Below are positions 39,701-52,480 of a stretch of 64,000 nt of DNA, piece after piece; position 1 is the first letter of the stretch; each line of letters starts with the position of its first letter. This stretch comes from Octopus bimaculoides (taxonomy: Eukaryota). The notes beneath the pieces are model-generated. The model was not told the origin of the DNA. It was given only the letters and a program-made list of their open reading frames with translations, and ran no database searches. The translations under genes were made by a program, and so were the position numbers. The DNA lies in NCBI RefSeq assembly GCF_001194135.2, contig NC_068982.1:158934996-158998995 (forward strand). Direction: 5' to 3'.

Positions 39701-41704
39701 AAAAATAGCAGCCAAATCAACAAGCGTATAAAATACAAGAAAAACAATGACTGTGCACTGTATAGCACATTAATGAGTATAGATTTTTCCATCTATAATT
39801 CAAGCACCAATGATTCGTAATATGGGCCTAAATTCACAGCGACGCTAAATAGGTTTAATATCTATAAACACAAAAGATTTGTAATTGCATTAAGAACAAA
39901 CACATATTCATCCTGTTTGTAATATTGAATATAAATTTGCGTCTGCAAACAAGTAACACCTGTATAAACGTAAACACATACACACGTGCACGCACAGGCA
40001 CATACATACATACGCACACATACACACAAATGCATACACTGACACATATGCACAAATATTTTATATTACAATCTCTGCCCTCACACACGTTGTGTAAGTA
40101 CTTGTTATTATTAATGCATACAATGTTTATGGCTGCATATAACCACATATACTGTCATACTACTGTTTTTCAAACATTAAGTTATAGTCGAAAGAAAATT
40201 TGTCTGGTATTTGTAGCAGCTCGTGAGACCCCTTAGCGTTTTCGACTTCATTGTGTATTTTTAATCTCCATGAGAACATTGACAATTGTGGTTTTCGATT
40301 GGCTAACATTACATAAATTTAAATTATTGTAACTTCTGTATTATTAATTTCTAGATCAAATGAATGTGATTTTCATCATCGCTATGCAAAATTATACCTG
40401 AGCAAGAATTTGAAAAATCTGAAGTTATTGATAGAAATTTAACATTAGTATATTCAAAGAACACTTTTGTTTGTTTCTTATGCATATAAATGTTTGTTTG
40501 GAATGTTTGTTCAGCCTTTAAATTTACAATTCCAATTGTGGATCTGATTGTAACGCTCGAGTACTTAATGAAGTTTACCATAATACAAGCTTGTTTTAAA
40601 TTTAAACCTAATTTAATGCCGCTTATTAATTAGGTCAATTAAGAAGACATCTTATTTTTGCATACTTTTACATAAATTTGTATATGCATATACAATAAAT
40701 AGGAAATGAGTGGAATATTTGTACGGTGAGGTTTAGCAGCAAACGGTAAAATGCCAAAATTGATTCCAGTTAATTTTCCTTACCTGGTATATCTTATCGT
40801 TTTCTATTCGTCTAAGTTTAATAATAATTTTTTCCACCCAGAGATGTTTCACACAATGCAGCTTACACCATGCTTAGCTACATACCAGTTTGTCAGCTAA
40901 TCTCCTCTTGCGATAACAAACCCCACTCCCACAGGACATACTTAAGTGTAAATGCATGTATTAGTGTAATATATGACATGAAGTTAGGCTGTTTTAAAAA
41001 AGGAAACTGCATATTTCCGTTGTGTAATGTACATATTGTTGAAAGTCAAGAGAGATCCTAACCCAGAATGTAAACAGAAATAATTAACACTCCAAGTCAC
41101 TTCGACTAGATTTTTAAGTATTCTGTCATAAAACATTCTGACTTTCATGTTAATTAGTACTTCCATTATAGCTTAAAGCCTAAATGTTTTTGTTATTAGT
41201 ATGGTCGATGGTTTGCCTTTCATGCTATAGGTACTCTTCTGTCCGGACTTATTTCAGAACGTAAACTGACGCAAATAAATTTTGTGAACTATGTTGGGGC
41301 TTTCACCAGTTATACCACTCTTACCTTATTATTACACGAAGAAAATTAGCAATTCAAGACAGAAATTTGCCAGCGATGGTATTTTTATATTTGCTTTCAA
41401 AGCATTAAAAATAGTTACTAACACAAATGAGGTGAAACTAGAAATTGTGAGGAGTTAAGTCAATTAAATTCACTCCACTACTTGTTTCTTGCGCTAAATT
41501 ATGGTCTTCACTCACAATAAAGCCAAGGTTGACTTCGTAGAAAAATGCCAGAGCAAATAACTAAAGTAATTTTGCATTCCACTCCTACGAGTTGGCAAAC
41601 TTACTGCCTAATAACACTTTCTTCTAATACAGTGACTCCAGTATTTGACTAGTATTTTATTTCATTCACTCCAAATCGAAAAATCTGTAAAATTAACTTG
41701 TATT

Positions 41705-41795
41705 GTTTTAGTTCAGAACATAACAGGCCGGACTAAACACAGCAATTGATTTTGATCGAGGATATGACGATTTGGCATATCTATCGCCTTCACAG
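41705..41795 (-). mobile_element. Highly diverged SINE head adjacent to an (AAT)n tract
   Basis: Minus-strand tgaaggcgatagatatgccaaatcgtc...gtccggcctgttatgttctgaac loosely follows the 348-553 family head. The (AAT)n tract is at ~41800-41880. Confidence 0.4.
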
Positions 41796-41799
41796 CCTA

Positions 41800-41880
<81 letters not shown>

Positions 41881-44800
41881 TTGTTAATGGAATCTATTTG
41901 GCGATTCAACAAAAGTTTCCCGACTTCAATATTCTTGTTCTTGGTAAACATTTCAACATCAAAATTACGATGGTCACCGGTTCACATCATGGTAGTAACT
42001 ACAATAAAGAGTAAAATATTAGCTATATTAAGACACAGATACTCTGTTATAACTTTATTAGCGCCACATTAAACGTTTAAAATACTAGGCATATTTCGGG
42101 TGCACCTTGTACATATATGACTTAGAAAGTTTTGGGTACCATCATGTTACAGATGGACAGCATCACATCCTCTCTATGCCCATAAATGACGACAGAGCGC
42201 TGTTAATTGATGTAGCAATTGCAGAAGAATTGCTAAACCAATATTTAGCATTCTGCAAAGTCATACTGAGATACATAATTGGACTTAAACAAATTGAAAC
42301 TAAAACATTAGTATCCCTTAGAGAATAGACTGATTAACAACCATTTTGGAAATGACACTCAGTTATTACCGATAGATTTAGCCACAGTTATCTTTCAGAA
42401 AATTTATTCACTAAAATCTGTAAACATTCTTTGAACATTTTTACACAGCAATTCTTAACCTTAAATAAGGTTGTTACCTGCGCCCAAGTTAATCTTAAAA
42501 ACACGGTAATCATAAATATACACGCGTGATATGGCTGTATACTCCTTGAAAGGTTTTTTCGATAAGCTTTTATGTTATCTTAAAGAATCCTATCCACTCC
42601 CAAGAAATATTTACTTTTGTGTTTTGGAAGAAAGGAAGATCTTGGTGTATTTCTTAAACCCTGAGTTATTAAGATAAAAGTATCGGTGTAATTCTAATAA
42701 AAAAAAAATGATATTATTATTAGTATTGTTCTTGGTATTGATATTGATACAGTTAGTATTCTTATTGTAAATAATAACAACACTATACACATAGTTCAGC
42801 AAAGCATTTTTTAAAAATATTTATTGCAATTGCTTTCTTTTATATTACATTCCCTGTGTCGTATTTCTAATATATTTTACGCCACCTCTTCTGAGTTATT
42901 AAAAATATATACACAAATACATGCACCCAAATATTCATACAAGTGCTTATCCGTACTTGCACACATATAAACTTACACAAATGCAAAAGAAGCACAAGCA
43001 TATACAAAGAAACACATCTATACACATACACACGTGTACACGGATAGACACGCGGATATATATATGCATGTGTGTATGTGTGTGTGTGTATACACGCATA
43101 TGTGCATATACAGTATTATGCACACACAAATATACATATATTTTTTATTGAGAAAAAAATTGCAAGGCAACATTGCATTTTCTAGATGGCTGATACTGGA
43201 GAAAGAAAATGGGAAAGAGTTACATGAATATGGTAATAGATGGAAATATAAATTAAGAGGGAGAAAAAATAAACAGAAAAAGAATACAAGCATCATGTTT
43301 GAGTAATTGCCTACAGTAGGCAAAAACATGAATATTCCAAAGTTATGGACATGTAATATGAATCGAGAACAACAATTAGATGAGAAGTTAAGGAACAAAG
43401 ATACACCACTTATGAAAATACGCGTCCTCCATAAAACAGATAGCTTAAGCAAGATAGCATGACTAATAACACAGTATTAAGCAGAAGCAGTCAGCAAGTA
43501 AAATCAAAACTGAAATTAGTTTATCGGATCAAGATTGCTATTATGACATTTTAATGCCATGGTAATGAAAACAAGAAAGAAAGACAAAGGAAGAGCTAAC
43601 AAAAAAGCAATGATATCCATGAAGCATAATGTTAGCGTTACTATGGTAATATCAATTCACTTAAACGAAAAACCGGTTATTTTCAAGATGCATCTTGTTT
43701 TCGCAAAGAAGTAATTTCTCGATATTCCGCATATATATTCTATCTGCTATTATAATTTTGTCACGTGTCATCACATCTTAGCATTCTTGTCTTTCCTTTT
43801 CACCTTTTCTTCTTTTATTGTATTTTAATATCTTCAGCCAATAATGTTTCCCAAAATGAATATTTTCTCTGGTGGAAATTTATTTTCGTTTCATACGCCA
43901 TAATACAATGCATTTATATCATTGTTTGTCTAAAGTTGAGAACCTAGTTCAGGATTAATAATCGATCTATAGCTAGATGAATGCCTATGAAGCATTTCAA
44001 ATACTGCCATTTAAGGACAAATAACCTTAGTAACTATCCTGCTGCACAACTACAATGGAACCGGATGCCGTTGGCGCATATACATATAAGTATATAATTT
44101 ACGAAGCAAGATAGTTGATACCCTTGACCACTTAATGAACTCCAAGACGTCGTTAGGGAGTAAAATATACTTAAATCTAAGTTTTAACACAAATGCTTGC
44201 ACAACAGCAGAGAGCGCTAACGGCACTCGAGGTGCAAAGTGGTGGTATTAAACACATCGAGGCATTAAATTTACCCACTATTGATTTGATATATATACAC
44301 ATATTTGTGTGTGCGTATGTGTGTGTATGTGTGTGTGTGTGTATGTGTGTATTTGTGTGTGTGCGAACGTGCCACTTATAATCCTGCCGTGCCTCCTAAA
44401 ATCATTAACGAGTTGAACAGTACCAGAAATATTCCCTGGGATCTAACCACTTTTAAATTTATCCATAACGTAATGAAATAATTTTTTATCACTCCTCCTT
44501 ATATATTTGCTATAGTGTGGATAGTATGCTGTTTGAAAAGGTGAAATACTAAGCATTAATGATAATGTATTTTGTCCAGTCTTAGAAGAACCAATAGAAT
44601 TGGTCACGAAGACAGTTATCATAAAAAAAATGTAATGCATTACATGGTATGCCAAACCGTAGTAGTTAAACGGACATCAATACACAAACTGTTATGCATT
44701 TATTTGAAGATTCCTCTATTGTTTTCTGACAATTCAATGTAACTATTAACACAACCGAAAAATATAGAGAATACACAATCATGCAATACCTAAAACGTTT

Positions 44801-45006
44801 AAGAAGCAAAACAAAAAGAAACGAAAAGAAATCACCAGCTCCTGTGACAAGAACATTTATCTCTTGACATTTTAACATTTCACGTCATGTACAGTACTTA
44901 TTACTATTATTTTCATTTTATTTTGTTTTTGTTGTTGTTGATATTCCTTGCTATGTTCTTCTCTCTTTGCAGGTTTTTAAACATACATTTGTTATATTGG
45001 TCTTAT

Positions 45007-45801
45007 TTAATATCCCTAAAGCATGATAAATAAAAAAAGCAAAAATAAACGTAAGATATTATATGGGTTTTATATATATGTATGTGCCAAGAAAAAACCG
45101 CTATTATATAAGCATTTAAAGTATACCTCGTTGTCTTTTTTCATTAACAGGTAACGAAGTAAGGAGGAGGTAATGCAAACCAAATGTCTTTTCATTTTTT
45201 TATTAAGTGGTTGGCGCTTCATTTCCACAGACATATAGTCACATTCATATCTTTAGTTACCAACTGCATTTATAATCTGTCACACAAACACATACATAAT
45301 AACTTATTCCCATGCATACCCATACAAAAACATCACATACACACTATATACACAGATATATATATATATGTATATATATATATCTGTGAGTGTGAGTATT
45401 TGTGTTTGCATATGTGCAATTGCTGTTGTGAACATGAATTGCGGCTTACATTTAAGTCCAGTAGTGTGTATGTGATGTTTTTGTATGGGTATGCATGGGA
45501 ATAAGTTATTATGTATGTGTTTGTGTGACAGATTATAAATGCAGTTGGTAACTAAAGATATGAATGGGACTATATGTCTGTGGAAATGAAGCGCCAACCA
45601 CTTAATAAAAAAATGAAAAGACATTTGGTTTGCATTACCTCCTCCTTACTTCGTTACCTGTTAATGAAAAAAGACAACGAGGTATACTTTAAATGCTTAT
45701 ATAATAGCGGTTTTTTCTTGGCACATACATATATATAAAACCCATATAATATCTTACGTTTATTTTTGCTTTTTTTATTTCTCATGCTTTAGGGATATTA
45801 A
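45007..45801. repeat. Long near-perfect inverted repeat: 340-bp arms, 115-bp spacer
   Basis: 45007-45346 is the reverse complement of 45462-45801 with 2 mismatches found by eye. The ORF track gives mirror-image peptides. The right arm ends exactly at an N gap. Confidence 0.95.
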
Positions 45802-46001
45802 NNNNNNNNNNNNNNNNNNNNNNNNNNNNNNNNNNNNNNNNNNNNNNNNNNNNNNNNNNNNNNNNNNNNNNNNNNNNNNNNNNNNNNNNNNNNNNNNNNN
45901 NNNNNNNNNNNNNNNNNNNNNNNNNNNNNNNNNNNNNNNNNNNNNNNNNNNNNNNNNNNNNNNNNNNNNNNNNNNNNNNNNNNNNNNNNNNNNNNNNNNN
46001 N

Positions 46002-46042
<41 letters not shown>

Positions 46043-46253
46043 ATAACATACGTACATATACACAGACGTGTGTTCCTTGCTTGTTTGGTGTGTATGTATG
46101 TGTGTGTGACTATGTGGGGAGAATGACGCATACCTAAAATGACGCCTCCGATATTTGTGGTTGGGAATCGGATGAAATTTAATCAATAGTTGTTTGTCTT
46201 CGACTTTTACTTTCATAATTTCGCATGTGACCATAGTATTTATTCAATTTGTG

Positions 46254-46329
46254 ATAGAAATATAGTCCCACAGACTATGGGATAGAACATCAATATAGTT
46301 CTATAGACTATGAAATAGAACATCATATA
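46254..46329 (+). repeat. Short minisatellite (~33-bp unit, ~2.3 copies) with internal palindrome
   Basis: atagaaatatagtcccacagactatggg / atagaacatcaatatagttctatagactatgaa / atagaacatcatata. Confidence 0.75.
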
Positions 46330-48047
46330 AAATACAAGATACAGTGGTACTGTGAGAGAAAGATTAAACAAGAGAGAACAGAATAGATAGTAACATTAAT
46401 CGATGGACTTGGGAGGAAATATATCATAGATGTTCTCACAGAGAATACAAAGAGAGTTACTGCTTGTGAAAAATTGAATTATAAGGATTAAAATATGAAC
46501 AGCTGTAGATATAGAAGGAAACGTGATGTCAAGACCGGGACACCGAGATGACCATGGAAAATTAAAAAAAATATGCGGGAAGTGATAATTTCATGACTTT
46601 AGTATTTAATTTTCGAAGGACAGTTTGACAGTAACTGCAAGCAAAGGATAATTCTAGACGTATTTCTATCTATTAGATCTAAAGAGTTTGAACAGATCTT
46701 CATAAAATATCGATTATTTCTCACATATGGAAAATGATTTACGTATATTTTGGACCTCGAGTAATTTGTAATTACAAATAACCTTAAAGATAAATTGATT
46801 ATGCACAGTAATATATTAAAATATAGTCTTAGCAATTTTGCTACATACATGGAATTGACGAAACTTTTCTACTGAGGTCATATACGTCGTAATATATTCA
46901 TCTTAACCCTTGCTTGCAATCAATGAAGGTTTTGTCTCTTCATGAAGAATGTAAAGTTATTATAGCGAGGGAGGAAGTTGAACTGAGAAAAAAAGATGGA
47001 TATTAAGACATAGAGTGAGTTAGAGATCGGAAATTAGACGGGGAGATACAAAGAAATATGTAGCCATCAGATAGGCGAGAAAGTATTCAGAACTATAGAG
47101 CAAATTGTCTAATGTAATAACAGAGCAAAGTAGACAATGAGAATTCAAAAGGAAGAGAAAGAAAAGAAAACCAAGGTGAGAGAAAAGGAAGGTGAGTGAT
47201 ATAGAAAGAAGAGCACATCCAGGGAGAGATGAAGCTGCGAAAGTTAATATTAAACAGAAGTCAAATATGTAATGTGAACGGGTGAGAAGTTGAGTGAAAG
47301 ATGGAGAATAAGAATCACAGTAAATTTGGCAAATACAGCAAAGAAGAAAGATACGAAATGATATATATGCAGATTTAAGTTTTGTTAGGTCGTAGGTCTC
47401 TTTCCTTTCATCAATCTAGAGGATCTCGAAAAAAAAATGGATTATGGGTGGGGTGTAATTTCTTCCCTGTGTAAAAAGTAGAACAAAAATCAGCAATAAA
47501 TACACAAAATAATAAGTCACTGTGCAAAAGTATCTTCCTTGACCGACAAAATTTCCCAGAATGTCATTTATGGCTAAAACAATGAAAAAACTGTTTCGGT
47601 GAATGAGAAGGAAAAAGAAACGAGATGAAATGAAAAAAGGGGTTACAAATTAAGAACTTAAGCGAAACCAGAGAGAGTGGTCGTCTGTGCGAACTAAAAT
47701 ATAGAATATATTGAATAAAATGTAAAATGTATACAGGGCAATGTTTATATTAGTAAATAATGTGTTAAACTTATCCACGAAACAAAGCGAAAAAAATTAA
47801 TAAATAAGCGATTCCCTAATAATGTAGACTACATGGTGCTATCATACGTAGTAGAGTGGTATCACCGGTCTTCTGTGTACGATAGTAGATTTCATTATAT
47901 CTCATGGTCATTTATGTGTGCAAATGCTCGTAAGAGTATATTTGAGGTACGTAGTATATGCGAAGGCGACTTACAAACTCTTGAGACAAGAGCTTAATGA
48001 GTAAACTTGCGCCAATTACTTATACACACACACATTCGAACATACAT

Positions 48048-48094
<47 letters not shown>

Positions 48095-48288
48095 TGCATA
48101 CATATATCTGTTGCGTGAGTGAGTTTCTAAGCGTGTGTGAGGGTGTCCGTGAATTCGCGCTCGGTTGATGTCAATGTGTGTAGATAAGTGATGCACATTG
48201 AGGTAGCACCAGTATATTTGGGACGTGCAGTAAATGGAAGAGTCCTGTACGTCTGTCCATATGTCTGTGTAGTTTGTGTGTATGATGG

Positions 48289-48330
<42 letters not shown>

Positions 48331-49451
48331 TGTGTGTGTGTGCGTCTNNNNNNNNNNTGTGTGTGTGTGTGTGTGTGTGTATGTGTGTGTGTGTGTGTGC
48401 GTCTGTGTGTGTGTGTGTGTGTGTGTGTGTATTGGTGCGCATGTGTATATTTGTACATGTGAGCATATTTATATATGTGAGTCACTAAAGATGGTACAGG
48501 TGTATATAAATACAAATAGCCGAGAGAATGTAAAGGAAGCGAGGATGCAATACACACTATTACATTGAATGAAGCAAGATTCAGAAATATGTTCAGATGT
48601 GTTTTTATTTATATTTTATCCTGATTTCACCGTGTATTGTTATTCTCTCTAAAGGTAAAACAAACAAAAAGAAATCTCATTTTTTTTTATTTTATTCACT
48701 TTTTAATTATTTATTTATTTAACTATTTATTTTTTGTAAACGGTGCTTAATAACATTTGGTAATAGATGAGTTGGAATAAATATTTTAAGAAATAGTGAG
48801 TCATTTTTTCTCCGTTGGCATTTTACATTGTTGTCTTTCATTAGTTTTATCATTATTTAAGCATTTTAAATTCTTTAAAAATAAATTGCTTAACTCTCTC
48901 TTAAGAGCTAGTTTTATTGCAGTCTCCAAATAGAGTTGAGTAGAGAAGAATGGATTTGGCACAAAAGCTGCTGTGTGAGTGATAATGACAATCGTTTACA
49001 ATAATCGATAGCAATTCTTTGGTTTTCATTTGATACATAAAGAAAAGAGAAATAACAAATTCCTTAGATAAATACCAAATAATAGACAACGTTTTTGATA
49101 GTTCAGATAAAAATAAAACAATGACCTGTAAAACATTGCAATGATTGGTTGCTTTTAAAGTGTTCGTGAGAGTAAATAGAGAATATATATCGTTTTCGTT
49201 TTACATCTACTAAAAAGCTATATATATATTCATGAAAACGTATACAAGATTGTATGCGTGAATGTGTCTATCTGTCTCCTTTGTAATTCAACCCTTACCA
49301 TTATTTGACGTCTTGTATAATAGGGTTTGTAAATTCTCGTTCATCTGATCCAAATTGTCTTAGCAAAGTTAAAGTATGGTCATGAACTGTTAGATATTAT
49401 TGCCGCACTGAGTATATTGCCATGCTACATATATTCTTTTATTCTTATACT

Positions 49452-49842
49452 TATGTCAGTCATTTGACTGTGGTCATGCTGGAGCACCGCCTTTAGCGGA
49501 ACAAATCGATACGAGGATTTATTCTTTGTAAGCCTAGTACATATTATATCGGTTACTTATGCCGAAACGATAAGTTACGGGGACATAAACACACCAACGT
49601 CGATTTGTCAAGCGATGGTGAGAGCACAAACACAGACACACACATACATATATGTGTGTATATATATATATATTTATATATATATGACGGGCTTCTTTCA
49701 GTTTCCGTTTACCAAGTCCACTCGGAAGGCTTTGTTCGACTCGAGGCTATAGTAGAAGACACTTGCACAAGGTGTCACGCAGTGGGACTGACCGGGAGCA
49801 TGCGGTTGGGAAGCAAGCTACTTAGCACACAGCCATGCCTGT
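49452..49842 (-). mobile_element. tRNA-derived SINE, near full length
   Basis: The reverse strand begins caggcatggctgtgtgctaagtagcttgcttcccaaccgcatgctcccggtcagtcccactgcgtgacaccttgtgcaagtgtcttctactatagcctcgag (A/B-box-like head plus conserved core). Confidence 0.9.
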
Positions 49843-50246
49843 AATTACACATACGTTCATATATACATATATTTATTCGCATGTACATCTAGCCATCCAC
49901 ACATATATGTATGTATGCATGCATGTGTGTATGTATGCGTGTATTTATACATGTATACATATAAGTATGTGTGTGTGTTTTTATGTTTTAACGGGAGTGT
50001 GCTGATGTTTTATGTATGAGTGTGCCTTACCAAAACGGAACCGATGTGATTTCATGGTATTTTGAGGGAATATCTTATACCACTGTGTAGAAATAGAGTG
50101 TCAGTAACGAGGTTTAAGATGCACAATTAAAGACAAGTGTATGCCATCTTCTTGCTAATAAGCCATCTAATGAATCAAGTTCTTTTGTATGGACAATTAA
50201 TGACTTATACTTCCATACCGTCACAGAAATACAAAACACGTATATA

Positions 50247-51424
50247 TTGGGTCATTCCATAAATGATGTGGTTATTTATACTTCTTTTATTTTTCAAAAT
50301 TAAGAAACACATTCTAAAAGATACTCTCCTACATTTTCTAAAATGATCTTCCCTCTACCCGGTTGACTTGCAAAGCTCCTCTTCCAAAATTCACTTCTCC
50401 GTGACGAAAAATACTCCTCCTGTACTGTTCTGACCTCGTGTACAGAGTTCACATTTTTTTTCCGTCCAAATGCTTTTGAAGACTCTGTAATAAATGATAA
50501 ACAGATGGTGCAGGGTCCGGCGAATATGGTGGGTGAGGCATCGTTTCCCATTCAAACTGCTCCAGCCTTTGGAATGTCATCCTCGTTGTATGTGGCCGAA
50601 CATTATCTTGATGGAAGAACAACTTACGTTTTGATAAAAAAAAAAAAACAGTCGTTCTTCTAACGTTGACTTAAAACGCTCAAAGCTGCACGCATTAGAA
50701 CTTTCTTATCTTTTGGGTTGGGACTAAACCTTTAATATTCCACCATACAAATAACAATAGTACACGTGAGTGAACACCTTCTTTAGCGTGGGGTGCCAGT
50801 GTTTCTCCTTTCCCTAACCATTGTCTTCAGCGCTTGACAATTTTATAGAGAACACATTTCTCGTCACCACTTACTATTCAGTCCAAAAACGGTTCAATCT
50901 TCAGACGTGACAGCAAAGGACAGCACACATTCACTCTCTGAGCGCGATTAGATTCGGAAAGTTAGTAGGGAACCAATTGACCCGATTAGCCGAATTTTCC
51001 GATGGCATGCAGGTGTCGATGAATGGTTGAATGACCAAATCCTAATTCAAGCTTGTAAGCTAGTACCACAGAAGTTGCGATTGGATTTTAATACACCAGG
51101 ATTTTGTTCCACCTGCTCTAGAGATCTTCCAGGACGAAGCTCGTCTTCTAGGCTGTAGTTACGGGCTCGGACTTTCTGGCTTACGATTATTGTCCGATCG
51201 CCATATACTGCATTAATATTCCTTGAACTTTCCTTTGCCTTGCTGGCTTTCTTAAACTCATAAAGCAAAATATGCCGAATATGCTCCTTTCTCACTTCCA
51301 TTAGAGCTTTGAAAAAAATAATTGTTATAATCGAATTGCACTCTTCGAAACTTGCACTAACAATAAATACAAGGGAAAATTACCACCTGCTTTTATAGCA
51401 AGTTGATGAAGGTAGTTTATACCG
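50247..51424 (-). mobile_element. Mariner transposon, same family as 24511-25490; 5' TIR missing
   Basis: The TIR ta|ttgggtcattccataa is identical to the other copy. The minus strand reads MEVRKEHIRHILLYEF...NYSLEDELRPGRS and VLFHQDNVRPHTTRMTFQRLEQFEWETMPHPPYSPDPAPS (YSPDLAP motif). Confidence 0.92.
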
Positions 51425-51434
51425 TATATATATA

Positions 51435-52480
51435 CAGGGGTTGGACAAAATAATGGAAACACTTAAAATTTCAAACAAATTTATTTTAATACGGGGTAAG
51501 GCTGCCTTTGGCAGTAATTGCAGCTTGGAATCTATGAGGTATGGACTCGTACAAAGACTGAATTGTTTCCGAAGGAATTTTTGTCCATTCTTCAGCTAAA
51601 ACAATGATGATGGTGGAGGATATCGACTCATTTGTTTTTTCTAAAATGCACCATAACTGTTCAATAATATTGACATGTGTGGACTTTGGTGGCCAGATAA
51701 GATGCTCAGCTTCGCTGGAATCTTCCTCATGCCATTTAGTAACGACTTTAGCTGTGTGAGTTGGTGCATTATCATCCCGAGAGATTGTGTTTCCCTCCGG
51801 AAAGAGTTCCGCAACATTCGTATGAATTTGATCAGATAAAATGCTTAAATATTCTTGACTATTCTGCCATGAATGGAAACCATTGCACCGGCGGATTTCC
51901 AAGATATACCTCCCTAGATCATCACGAATCCTCCTCCATGTTTAACAGTTGGGAAAAGGCAGTTTCAGTCAAATGCTTTGTCTGGCTGTCTCCACACGTA
52001 TACTCGGCCGGTGGTTAGAAATAAGATAAAAGATGACTCGTCCGAGAAAATAACATTCTTCAACTGCTCTAGGGACCAGTTCTGTAGGTCTTAAACAGCC
52101 CTCTAAACGTTTTGCAACTGTTCACTTTTGAAAGTAGTGGTTTTCTGATTATAGCCCTCCCGTGAAATCTAGCTAAGTGCATCTCCCGGCGAACAGTCTT
52201 TGTAAAAACTGGGTGGTTGTTAAACTCTGCAGTAAAATTTGGGAGCTGTGCCTTTGTAATCCTTTCTAACAATTCGCGTAAGTGTCCGATGGTCTCTATC
52301 TGAAGGCTTTGGTTTCTTCCGGGCTTTTTTTTCTCCGTTTTTTATTTTCCGTCCTTGTTTTCGTATATGTTCGCTGCTTTCTCCCAAGGAATCTAATGCT
52401 CTTAGCTTAGTTTTTCCTTGGGTCTGGCCAGATTGGAGCAATCTACAGTATAACCAGCCGAAATTGCAACGATAATCTGG
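51435..52480 (-). mobile_element. Tc1-like (DD34E-type) transposon remnant; only the 3' TIR is visible
   Basis: TIR ta|caggggttggacaaaataatggaaacac. Transposase remnants: RKPKPSDRDHRTLTRIVRKD, GRAIIRKPLLS, VIFSDESSFI, DDNAPTHTAK, WPPKS...IIEQLW. The right boundary is approximate. Confidence 0.9.

Noticed and set aside
41772-42328. Poly-Asn/poly-Ile ORFs and adjacent short ORFs
   Set aside because: They are driven by the (AAT)n tract, with no recognisable domain or consistent splice structure.
45184-45624. Two mirror-image 106-aa ORFs
   Set aside because: A by-product of the inverted repeat, with low-complexity non-protein-like sequence.
46254-46329. CRISPR-like palindromic repeats
   Set aside because: Eukaryotic context, only ~2 units, no unique spacers and no cas genes.
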